From the human T2T-CHM13v2.0 reference genome, Homo sapiens, in the NCBI RefSeq assembly GCF_009914755.1, contig NC_060931.1: a stretch of DNA of 64,000 nucleotides. One strand, written 5' to 3'. This document shows, one piece after another, positions 1-13,734 of this stretch. A program made the translations under genes and the position numbers. Each line of letters starts with the position of its first letter. The first letter of the stretch is position 1. The notes beneath the pieces were generated by a model. The model saw only the letters and a program-made list of their open reading frames with translations. It was not told the origin of the DNA and made no database searches.

Positions 1-583
1 CAGGTCTGCCCTTTTTCTCTTCTTTTTGCTACTATTTTCTAGGTCTTTGACCTTTTTTCTATTTTCTGAAAGATAATCTTAGGTTTCTCTTAATGCTTCC
101 ATTGAGTTTTTTACTTTTCCTATCATATTTTTTATTTCCAAGAACTCTTTATTTATGAAATATTTTTATAGTATTCTCTTCCCTCCATCCCTCCCACTTC
201 TGTTGCAGTATCTTTCACCTTTCTCTCTAGAGAGATCTGTGATACAATTTTTTCTTTTGAAGTTTTGGGTTCATCCTTTGCTCCTCTCTCCTCACATCCA
301 GACTTATTCTCCATGGGTTTGGAAAAAAAGGGTGATGTCCTTTGAGTTGAACTACAGACCCTTTACCTTTAATCCACTCATTCTTTTCCACCAAATCTGA
401 CATGTGGTTTGTCATCTTCACTTCTTATCAACAGTATATGATCCCTGCTTTGTTCAAGACCTGGCTCCAAGTCGACCTTCCACAAGGTTTTGCTAGAGTC
501 TAAACCAAAACTCTTTCCAAACCCAAACTTCCAGTCACCACACCAAACTACTTCTGCAGACTCATGTGTCCATTTCACTGTGA

Positions 584-955
<372 letters not shown>

Positions 956-989
956 CTAAGGAAAAAAAGCTACATAATATCTATATCCC

Positions 990-1516
990 TGTCAGTCCTC
1001 TGAAGCCCCACAAAATCAAAACCATTTTTATAATGATACCAAGATATTCACGTCTTTCACACATTCTCTCATACTTTTACAGTGGAGTTTTCTAGAGTTT
1101 AAAGATGTGTGATATTGCAGTAAATTGAATGCAGTGGATATGAAAATTGATCTGTCTGCCATTAAGCCAGGCATTAAAGAGAATTTGCAAGAGTATAAAA
1201 CAGTACTATCCTTCTCACTAATTTTTTTTTGTTAAATAAATACTATAAAATGTTTTGTTTTAATTTCTTAAAATAAATATCCATAGATTGAACCTCCATA
1301 AACAAAAACTCCCTTTGGAATGCTTTGGAGTTAGGATTCCAAAGAGTTTTTGGGTTAGGATCCAAAACTTTGGAATTAGGGTTCCAAAGTTTAGAATCCT
1401 AATCCTTTGTAATTAGGATTCCAGAGTCTTTTTCCAAAGGATACTTTGGAATCCTAATTCCAAATGTACATTTTAAGTGTCAAGAGGTCATGAGACCAAA
1501 AAGTTTAGCACATCTG
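990..1516 (+). mobile_element. hAT-Charlie non-autonomous DNA transposon (MER119-like)
   Basis: Recalled motifs attaagccaggcattaaagagaatttgcaa and tgagaccaaaaagttt; subfamily uncertain. Confidence 0.6.
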
Positions 1517-1589
1517 TCCTGAAGCTGTAGATATACATATATGGCTCATTACATCTATTAAATATTTAAGTACTCTGCAATAAGTTATT

Positions 1590-2041
<452 letters not shown>

Positions 2042-2105
2042 TGATTGTTATACTCTCAGTATTTATTTATTTATTTGACTGTTATTTTGAATTGTTTTAT
2101 TTTAG

Positions 2106-2282
2106 ATGAAAAAGAGAAATTCGAACCCACAGTCTTCAGGGATACACTTGTCCAGGGGCTTAATGAGGCTGGTGATGACCTTGAAGCTGTAGCCAAATTT
2201 CTGGACTCTACAGGCTCAAGATTAGATTATCGTCGCTATGCAGACACACTCTTCGATATCCTGGTGGCTGGCAGTATGCTTG
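2106..2282 (+). CDS. BZW2: BZW2 coding exon (177 nt, phase 1-1): [59 protein letters not shown]
   Basis: Acceptor tttag|AT and donor G|gtaaac; the peptide matches the recalled BZW2 N-terminal region. Confidence 0.96.
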
Positions 2283-3466
2283 GTAAACCATGCATTATCG
2301 CTTCTTGTAGTATATTTATATATTTTTAATTCTGTTGAAGTATTTCCTTATAAGATAGAGTCTTTATAAGTTTATGTTTATTAGAGTTAATAAAAATACA
2401 AATGGAAGCCTATAATTTTACCTGGTTTAGGATTTGGAATGGTATTAATGCAGATGTGAAATGATTATTGGTTAATAGAAGCATAGAATGGAGGACTTTG
2501 GTTGACGTTACAACAAAGTTGGCCACTTTGCTTCTCCTAAAAGCCGCCTTTCTCATATGTCCCTAATCTTTCAGTGTTTTTGGTGGGGCCATAAAAGGGG
2601 TAATTTCTGCAAAATACTATAACTTAGTGTATAAATTTCCAAGGTTTAATTAATGCCATTTCATCCATAAATAAAGCATATAAGAAATATAGTTTAAACC
2701 TGGTTTTTGAAAAATCATTTAAATTTTAAGTAAGTAGAAAAATTAAAGATAGAAGATTAGAAATTGTTAAAGATAGGTGAAAACAAAATAAAAGCTATAC
2801 CTTATAGAACAGAGGCATCAGGAAAGTAGGCTTCAAATGCTATTTAAGTTTATTAAGTAGATGATTCTAATATTTATTAAGTATAATAGCCACCCATTTT
2901 TCCTCTCATAGTCATTCTTAGATCTGAGTTCTTATCGTTAGTTCCTGTCGTAGCTGTAAATCACTAGAAACGGTCAAATTTCCTAGGCCAGGAATTTTCA
3001 GTTTGCAAATGTGTGCAAGTGTTTTAGTTGTTAAAAAGACTTAAGCGGGGAGGGCAGGTATTTGTCTACCTGCTATGCAAAGAACATGCAACATAATGAA
3101 AGATTGCCTTGCCCAAAGTGCCATCATTGCCTTTCCTTGAGAAAACACTGCTTAAGCCAGCCTACCTTGGCTTTGAAAAAGAATGTGCATACATTCCTCC
3201 ATCTTGAGGTGGAACTGCCCGTAAATTCCTTTTTCTCTGAGCTCTTATTTCAAGCAATCTGTTTGGTACATGGCCCCATTGACTACTAGGCCTTCTGTCA
3301 TTCTGCCTTGCTAGTTTTCACCACATACTGAATTAGTTTTGTTGTTCTTATTGTTTATGAAGAGCTTACATTATGACTGTAAATAATTCAAGTCTAAGTA
3401 TAACAGCTATCTATATTGAGCTCAAATCCCATTACCCGGGAAAAATCATTGTTAACATTTTGGTTA

Positions 3467-3800
<334 letters not shown>

Positions 3801-3960
3801 TCATAAAATTTTGAGACTGGGTGACATTATGCAAATACGATATTCTGCATGCTGATTTGTATTTATTCAGCAATATGTTGCTGCCTTGCACACCCATCAG
3901 TGTTATACTGGATGATTCTAAAAAGAATTAAAGCCAAACGGATGTTAAAGAATATTTAGG

Positions 3961-4206
3961 GGCTGGGCACGGTGGCTCACACCTGTAATCCCAGCACTTT
4001 GGGAAGCCAAGGCAGGCAGATCACCTGAGATCGGGAGTTCGAGACCAGCCTGACCAACGTGGAGAAACCCTGTCTCTACTAAAAATACCAAATTAGCTGG
4101 GCATAGTGGTGGGTGCCTGTAATCCCAGCTACTCAGGGGGCTGAGGCAGGAGAATCTCTTGAATCCAGGAAGTGGAGGTTGCAGTGAGCCGAGATCACAC
4201 CATTGC
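3961..4206 (+). mobile_element. Alu (AluSp-like), 3'-truncated with no tail
   Basis: Diagnostic gaccaacgtggagaaaccc; stops at cattgc. Confidence 0.88.
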
Positions 4207-4745
4207 GATCTTCAAAAGGAACATTATATTTAATATTTTATCAAAAATTATGAGTTCCTATTTACATACACCTTTAACAATGTTAGCTACCTAATTTCAT
4301 CAGTTCTCTAGATCTCTGTCAATTAGGTAAGGGATGAGTATTTTCATTTTAAAACTTTAATAGTGGAGTTGAATATTTCCTAATATATTATTGACTTCTA
4401 GTATTTCGTTAATTATGATATATTTTTATCAGAGTGATCTTCAGCGAGTTTTGGTTCTTGCCAAAGTCACATGACTGTAGTAGTCACTTATATGGACCCT
4501 TTTCAGACTGAGTGACCTCTAGGCAGCACTGTTGGCCCTTTTGTCATTCTTGAACTCTTTTATTTTCTTCCCTTACACGAGACCACTTAGACCTCCTTCT
4601 ACCTCTCTGCATGCCACTTCTTACATTACTCCTGGCTTCCATCGTTAACCACCTCCCCATATAAAATTATCTGTATAATTTGTGTTGAGTTTCTTAAAGT
4701 TTCCTTTACCATGATCAGCAGATTTATCTCTGTAGCCCAGATTTC

Positions 4746-5560
4746 TTTTTTTTTTTTTTTTTGGCAGTTGCAAGATTTAATGGAGTGAAAACAGAGCTCC
4801 CATACAAAGGGAGGGGACCCAAAGAGGGTAGCCATTGCTGGCTTGAATGCCTGGGTTTATATCCCAGTCATTATCCTTCCCACTGTGCTCTCAGGCAATA
4901 GATGATTGGCTATTTCTTTGCCTCCTGTTTTTGCCTAATTAGCATTTTAGTGAGCTCTCTTTACTACCTGATTGGTCGGGTGTGAGCTAAGTTGCAAACC
5001 CCATGTTTAAAGGTGGATGTGGTCACCTTCCCAGCTAGGCTTAGGGATTCTTAGTCACCCTAGGAAATCCAGCTAGTCCTGTCTCTTAGTACCCCCTCTC
5101 AACAGGAAAACCTAAGTGCTGTTGGCGAGGTTGGCCAACGACCGCTCTAACTTCTTCCTGCTGAATTGAGGTGTAGTAGGGGTTGTGTAGTTGAGATTTC
5201 CTCGGGAGGGGTGCCTTCAATGTCATTAACATTGGAGCATGGGCTAGCAGGCCGGTCCAGGGGTCCACGGTAGATCTTATTCATGGACTGCATCTGGGGC
5301 TCCATTTGAAGAACATTTTTAGTTTTACAGCTTCGATTCTGGAAGAGACAAACTTAACAAGGAGGTTAAAGATACAGGGATTGAAATGTATGGCCTGCAG
5401 TGCAGGGGATTATTTCTTTGGCACACTTCACAGGCCCTGACTATCTGCTTGATAGTTTTGAAAAGGCCTGGTCCAGTAAATAATAATTTGGGCGTCTGGG
5501 TGCTATCAATGCCTAAGTGAAAGGTTTGGTGAAGGGTTTTAAGTAATTTCCATTGGTTAG
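4746..5560 (-). mobile_element. HERV-W (HERV17/LTR17) processed retrocopy: integrase fragment, env 3' end, U3-R and poly(A)
   Basis: The minus strand encodes HQTFH...CEVC (integrase HHCC motif) and PCIFNLLVKFVSSRIEAVKL (syncytin-like TM tail). The LTR starts TAAGAGACAGGACTAGCTGG at 5088, lacks U5 and ends in poly(A). 15-bp TSD at 4731-4745 and 5561-5575. Confidence 0.92.
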
Positions 5561-5783
5561 TGCAGCCCAGATTTCACTTCTTCACTGCATGTCTATACAT
5601 TCAAGAAGAACATAGGGCCAAACGTTTTGGTATAAGCTATGCAACACCAGATGTCTACTGAGTCCGGACATGTGACGTAAGGACTGAAGCCAGCTAGGTG
5701 CATTCTTCTTACATAAATGCTTTGTTTAATTATTATGTAGAAATTTTCCTGACACTCACAATTTACCTTCTTCCATTGTTCTT

Positions 5784-6038
5784 TTTTTTTTTTTTTTTTT
5801 TTTTTTAATGCTGTCGCCCAGGCTGGAGTGTTGGCTCACTGCAACTTCCGCCTCCTGGAATCAGGCAATTATCTCGAGTAGCCGGGATTACAGGCGTGTG
5901 CCGGCACACCCAGCTAATTTTGTAATTTTAGTAGGGATGGGGTTTCCACCATGTTGGCTAGGCTGGTCTCGAACTCCTGACCTCAGGTGATCTGTCCCAA
6001 AGTGCTGGGATTACAAGCATGGGCCACCACGCCCGGCC
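5784..6038 (-). mobile_element. Alu with four internal deletions
   Basis: Consensus blocks missing; TSD CCATTGTTCTT at 5773-5783 and 6039-6049. Confidence 0.9.
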
Positions 6039-6394
6039 CCATTGTTCTTAAAATAGCAGCTATCTTGGTCTTTCAATATTACCCTTCGTATAGTAAATAC
6101 AATAAATGTATTAAGTTCACTTCTACCTTGAGAAAAACAGCAGTCACTCCAAAAACGTTAGAAATGGCAAACAATACTTTGTCCTAATATCAGCAAAAAT
6201 TTTAATGCAAGATGTAGCAATATTATTAATATGTAATAAGTGTTTTCTTTCATTAAACAATGTAACTTTAAAAAACATACCTCTCAAAAGTCTGTAGTTT
6301 CAATATCAAACTTTTCAGTTTTATAATTTCTATCAAAAGCAATAGCAATAATTAGCCCAGAGTTTTTAGAAGATCATTATCTAAGTTTGTTCCA

Positions 6395-7085
6395 TATCAG
6401 GGGAACCAGCCCCCAATATTTCAACGTGGGTTCTTTTCTGTTTTCCCTAAGTGTTGGCCGGTGTGAGAAATAGAGAAAGAGTACAAAAGTAAGAAATTTT
6501 ACAGCTGGGTCTCGGGGGGTGACATCACGTGTCGGCCTGAGCTGCAAAACCAGCAAGTTTTTATTAGCGATTTCCAAAGGGGAGACAGTGTACGAATAGA
6601 GTGTGGGTCACAGAGATCACATGCTTCAAAGGCAATAAAATATCACAAGGCAGATGGGGGCAGAGCAAGATCACAAGGCCAGGGCGAAATTAGAATTACT
6701 GATGAAGGTCCATGTCCCGCTGGGCACACACTGTCATTGATAAATATCTTAACAGGAAACAGGGTTTGAGAGCAGACACAACTGGTCTGACTAGAATTTT
6801 GCCAGGCTGGAATTTCCCAATCCTAACAAGCCTGGGGGTGCTGCAGGAGACCAGGGTGTATTTCATCCCTTATCTTCAACTGCGTAAGTATTGATTGGGG
6901 AAGTGATAAATGTCCATGAAATCTTCACAATTTATGTTCAGAGATTGCAGTAAAGACAGGCTTAAGAAATTATAAAAGTATTAATTTGGGGAACTAACAA
7001 ATGTCCATGAAATCTTCACAATTTATGTTCTTCTGCCGTGGCTTCAGCCGGTCCCTCCGTTCAGGTTCCCTGACTTCCCGCAACA
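6395..7085 (-). mobile_element. MER11 (HERV-K/HML-8) solo LTR, shorter than consensus
   Basis: Minus strand starts TGTTGCGGGAAGTCAGGG; 6-bp TSD GTTCCA at 6389-6394 and 7086-7091; internal 32-bp repeat at 6908 and 6999. Confidence 0.88.
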
Positions 7086-8216
7086 GTTCCAGGTGGTTAT
7101 ATTCATTTAAAAGGGCTAATTAAATCTCATGCATAAATTAATTGAGTGAAAATAGACTCTTGAAGGGGCTGACTTCTCCAAAAACTAATTTACTTACTAA
7201 ACTGTATGCTGAAGTCTGAAGCCCATAGAGGGGATGATAAGCTAAGGAAAGTATAACTTGATTGAATTCTCATTTGCCTATGCCTGCTAAGAAAGGTGGC
7301 TATGGGTGGCCCTTTTAATCCAGAGATCTGAAATCACAAGTTAAATCAAGGTGATTATACACTAATACTCAAACAAATAAAGGGAGTGGCTAATGAGTAG
7401 AGAGTGTTTGTCTTTTCAGCTTTGACTATTATTGTATCCTTGGTGCCTAGCACAGTAGCTGGTATAAGTATATACACTAGAAACATTTGTTGTGTATATG
7501 AAAGATATTAATCTAACTACCCAAACCTTCTACCTTAATTACAACGAAGTAAAATTAGAAAATAAAAATTCCTAATGTTCTCATTCTGCTCTTCTAATCA
7601 ACTAATGCTTCTAATGGCTACCATTGAAACTTACAGGAGGACCCTTTGAATATGGAAAGTTATTGAAGAAAAAGGCATCTAATCTATTGAGTCCATGGGG
7701 AAAAAAAGATGAGAGAGAATAAAATAATTTCTTCTAGCCAACATAGCAGCTGGGCGATCAAATTCAAATAGCAAGCATCGGAGTCCATGCTATTCAACCA
7801 GTCATGGGTAACTGGGTTAGCAAAGGAGGGAGCAATTGTAATAGCTACCCAAGTAGAAGGCAAAAAGATTCTATGAGTCAGATCTGGTCAGTTCTGTAGT
7901 TGGTGATCTAGGTAGAGTATCTGCAAAATACTTGCAAAATGTTAGCAAGCCTGAAGAAAGAACTATGTCCTGGAGTGGGAAGTGTTTGGAGTTGCATTGA
8001 GAATATTTACTGAATATTACTGAATATTTACTGAAAAATTTACTGAATAAATGTTGTTCTTTGCTTCCATGATTAAGAATATACTTTGGAAAGAACCAGA
8101 CTTATAGTGACAGGATGTAGTGAAGGCAAGGATGTGGAACAAAAATGAAGTACACTATGGTGGGAGTATGAATGAAACAACTAATTTGTATTATATTAGA
8201 AACATGAAGTATACAA

Positions 8217-8911
<695 letters not shown>

Positions 8912-8994
8912 TCATTTGCCAGAATTGATGTGTTCTGCAAATGCTGTTCTCAATTTCAGTATTATCCTAATTACAATTACCTTTCTCTTTTTAG

Positions 8995-9098
8995 CCCCTG
9001 GAGGAACGCGCATAGATGATGGTGACAAGACCAAGATGACCAACCACTGTGTGTTTTCAGCAAATGAAGATCATGAAACCATCCGAAACTATGCTCAG
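8995..9098 (+). CDS. BZW2: BZW2 coding exon (104 nt): APGGTRIDDGDKTKMTNHCVFSANEDHETIRNYAQ
   Basis: ctttttag|CC and CAG|gtagag; frame continues from the previous exon. Confidence 0.96.
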
Positions 9099-9193
9099 GT
9101 AGAGCCTGTTTGAGAGACTGAAGCATTTGAAGAGGACTGAGGAAAACTCTATAGAAGCTCTACAGTCCACCCACTTTTTAAATAGGAATCTTA

Positions 9194-9537
<344 letters not shown>

Positions 9538-10473
9538 GAACTACAAGAATATAATGCTTTTTTTTTAACCTCTCTTGTGGGAATTTAAATATTTATTCTT
9601 GGATCAGGAGAATTCGTTTTTCTTGTATACATGTTAAGGAATATGTAAGTATTAGTGTAAGTTGGAAATAAAATTTATGGGATTTTAATGCAATTTATTT
9701 CTTTTTCTTATTGTGTGTTAATTCCCTGCCTGAGTCATTCTTTCTCCATAAAGGGCAACCATATTTTTTACTCTTGGACTCCATCTTGATTACATTAGGA
9801 AACGAATACACCAAGAGTTGTAAGTAGGAATATAGCCTGTGTGTAGGAGAAAAAGGAACTAGATTAAGAAATCATTTCCACAGTTATTAAAATAACCAAT
9901 ATTTACAAAATCCTCATTTACATAAAAACATCATTCCACTTAGAAAACTGTCTAGAATCTTACTAATACAGTTGCAAACTTTGCTTCAGAGTTCTAACAG
10001 GACTGTAGGGGCCAGTCATCCTTTATTGCCAGTAAATTATAACACGTTTTGCTCATCTGCTAGAAACATGTTTGTTGTCCACCTAGAGTAGAATCTGTCC
10101 TGCACTTTGCTCTCCTCCCCATCACATCGTTATCTAAGTGGTTATATCTTTAACACCTTCATTTCCGTGATTTTTAGTCTCTGCATCTCACAGTTTAAAA
10201 ATCACATTTATTTTATTTTCGTCGAATTTTTTTTTCTACCTGCTATATTCTTGAATGAATTTGTTTTATCTTACGTGTACATTTTGATCATATTTGTTCC
10301 CCTAGGTCATGATAGCATCTTTGAAATGCTTATAGTTCTTATATTACAGTGTGAGCCTGTTTAACTATACACTTTTATTATTATAGATCTATGGTGTCAT
10401 TATAGTGAGTTTCTATTACCTACTTCTGTGTCTTTTTGGTTGACCTAATATTTAATGGTTGTTTTTTTTTTAG

Positions 10474-10539
10474 GTCTTCAATAAACTCATCAGGAGATAT
10501 AAGTATTTGGAGAAGGCATTTGAAGATGAAATGAAAAAG
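10474..10539 (+). CDS. BZW2: BZW2 coding exon (66 nt): VFNKLIRRYKYLEKAFEDEMKK
   Basis: ttttttag|GTC and AAG|gtaaaa; too short for the ORF track, translated by hand. Confidence 0.95.
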
Positions 10540-10609
10540 GTAAAAATTCAAATATAATGCCTATCTGTTTTATAGTAATGACATGGGGGTGGATAAAAAT
10601 TTTATAAGT

Positions 10610-10982
<373 letters not shown>

Positions 10983-11599
10983 TTAATACATGTTTGGTAA
11001 ATAAGTATGAAAGATCATTAGCTAATAGCTATAGGAAGAAATATGTGATTATTCTGGACTTTTTCCATTAATATTTAATGTAAGACAGTGTGCTTTGTTC
11101 AGTAAGAATAGTTTTACGGGCTATAACCTCTGACCTTGCAGAGATTAAAATGAAAACTAGATAAAGTGATTTAAGTAGTTAAAGCCTATGGAAGAATGTA
11201 GCACAGCAGCTAATGTTCAGCAAAATTCTTTAATTGTATGCAGTTTAGCAAAGGGAATAAAAGCACCTCTTTGGAGATAGAGTATATAGGTGTAATTCTC
11301 AATACTCTTTCTCATCAGTGAAATCCACAGTAGCATCTCCTTAAAGATGTCCTCTTTTGAGTAATTGCATGTTCCCTCTTCCAATTTGTAACTCCTGTAT
11401 TTATATATGGCACCCACTACCTTTACTTGTTTCAGATTTGTTTGTTACTTTGTCATTGCTTCCAATTTTAGATAACTATCTAAAGTAAAAAACCAAGTGA
11501 AAAAAGTAACCATAACATATACTTACTTCTTCCCTACTTACTTACTCTCCCCGCTCCTCCCCACCTAACTGCACCCCACCCCACCCAGTTCAAAGTGGT

Positions 11600-12070
11600 T
11601 CTGTGTATAATATTGAAGAGCAATTTGGCAATAGTCATTAAAAGAAATGTTTCTTACATGACCCATGACCCAGCCGTCATGAATTTATAAGAATCCATTA
11701 GCATGGATATATAAAGCTATATGTATGAAGATGTCACCACAGTATTGAAAAATAGCCTAAATGTTCATTGGTGGGAGATGAAGACTGTTTAATTAAATTA
11801 CAATCTATCTATACAGTGGAATACTATGCAGTCTTTTATACTTGTAGGCATAACTACATGTATTAATAAGGGAAAATGCCCATGACAAATTAAGTGGAAA
11901 TGCGAGGTGCAAAGCAACCATTTGGTAGTAGTTTGACCTGGGGCAAATTACTTAATATCTTTGTACCTTAGTGTTCTTTTCTGTAATTGGAGATGGAGAC
12001 TGTTGTAGGTATTAATACACATAAAGGGATCAGAAGAGTGTCTGGTCCACTCAACAAGTTTTAGCTATCA
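11600..12070. mobile_element. Ancient L1M fragment followed by a MIR
   Basis: L1-like atacagtggaatactatgcag; MIR core gacctggggcaaattacttaat. Confidence 0.5.
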
Positions 12071-13598
12071 TTAGCATATAATGCAGTAAAAAACAATATG
12101 TGTGTATACATGTAATTATGTTTTAATGTTGATTAATATAATTGAGCAATGTGGTTATTATTTTTATGATGATCTAATTTTTGTACCATTTCTATGTGAT
12201 TAAGTATATTTTAAATGAATATGGTTATATGTGTGAGCTTAAAGAAGTGGTGTTAAAATTTTATTTTAGAGGCTAATTTTTATTATTCTCGTTTAAATGT
12301 TATTTATTTTTATAATGGAGGAAAAGGACAAATTGACATGAACTGTCTATATTTATGTTAGTTCTTTCATTCTTCCCCATTTCTGATGCTCCTTGGAACT
12401 TAAGCCTTTCAATCCCTCATTCCCTCACTCCCTGGCACTTACTTAGATGTTAACTTCTTTTTAATTTGTTGAGAATTTAATAGGTATAAATTGAGAGGCA
12501 AATGGACTGGTTTGTTTCCAGTTCTGCCACTTTCACATAATGTAAATAGTCTATAATATAATAATCCTTCAATTCTTGGGGAATAGTAAGTTAATATTTT
12601 CTTATCCCCTACACAGTTAGTGGAATAATCATGTCATCAGGGTGGAGACACTTAAGTCTCTATCAATGCCAGTGAATTTTGCATTGGCGCAAAATAATGG
12701 AAAATCAGCAAGGCCCCTGTGGTGATAGTGGCCCCTGAGGAATTTCCATGGCAAGCCTAATAACTGCTGAAATGGAGAAAGTAACAGTAGAATGTAGTCA
12801 AAGCACAAAGCAGAGGAGAGTCAGGAGAGAGAAGGGCATCCCACAGGGCTGACTACTCTTAGAATTTAATACAGGAAGTGGGTTTTTCGTTTTATTTGCT
12901 TTGAGCTTACATTCAAATTTTCTAGGGTTGCTACTTTTTTAGTTCCCTGCCTCTGGGGCAAGAGAATCTAAAAGTTTACCAAAAAAACATCAAGAACCTA
13001 GAAAACCCCTTTCTCCCTCAACAGTCTTGTTTTGAAGACTGTTGTATTCCGTGAGCTCAGAAAAGTATATATTAAATGTCAAAAGCTTAACTTCGACTCT
13101 TTCCTGTTTTTTTTTTTTGTTTGTGTGGGGCTTTTTTTTGTTTCTATGTTTTTGCCGTACAAATTCTATTCAGAGAAAATGGGTACATGTAGCAGGGGAA
13201 GAGGTAGTCGCCCAAGGAAGTGGAAAAACTTGAAAAACAATACATTTCAGAAAACATGTCCATCATGTATACTTAACTCTCTTGCATGCACATAGTCAAA
13301 CATAAATCCATCTGTTTACATATCATCCAAATATCTCTTTTCCTTTCCATGAATGTTATCTACAGCTGTGAGTAAATTAACTGAGAAGAAAGGAACTCTG
13401 CCTGCTCAAGTCACTTTCCACAGCATCCAGTTTATCATGAAATGAATTACTATGCTTTGCATATGACCTTCTGTTTGTGTGCCACGTAGCCATGGATGTT
13501 CACAGTTTATCTTCCCACTTCAGTCCTTTGCTTCATAGACATGGTTCCTTTTTTTTTCTTTTTCTTTTTCTTTTTTTTTTTTTTTTTTTGACCCACAG

Positions 13599-13734
13599 CT
13601 TCTCCTCTTCCTTAAAGCCTTTTCCGAAACAGAGCAGACAAAGTTGGCGATGCTGTCGGGGATTCTGCTGGGCAATGGCACCCTGCCCGCCACCATCCTC
13701 ACCAGTCTCTTCACCGACAGCTTAGTCAAAGAAG
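13599..13734 (+). CDS. BZW2: BZW2 coding exon (136 nt): [45 protein letters not shown]
   Basis: Long poly-Y tract, acag|CTT acceptor and G|gtaacg donor. Confidence 0.95.

Noticed and set aside
1313-1464. CRISPR-like appearance of the palindromic repeat array
   Set aside because: Eukaryotic intron, no unique spacers of regular length, mixed orientation and no cas genes.
5086-5268. 60-aa minus-strand ORF in HERV-W
   Set aside because: Alternative frame of the env tail in a truncated retrocopy with no upstream promoter.
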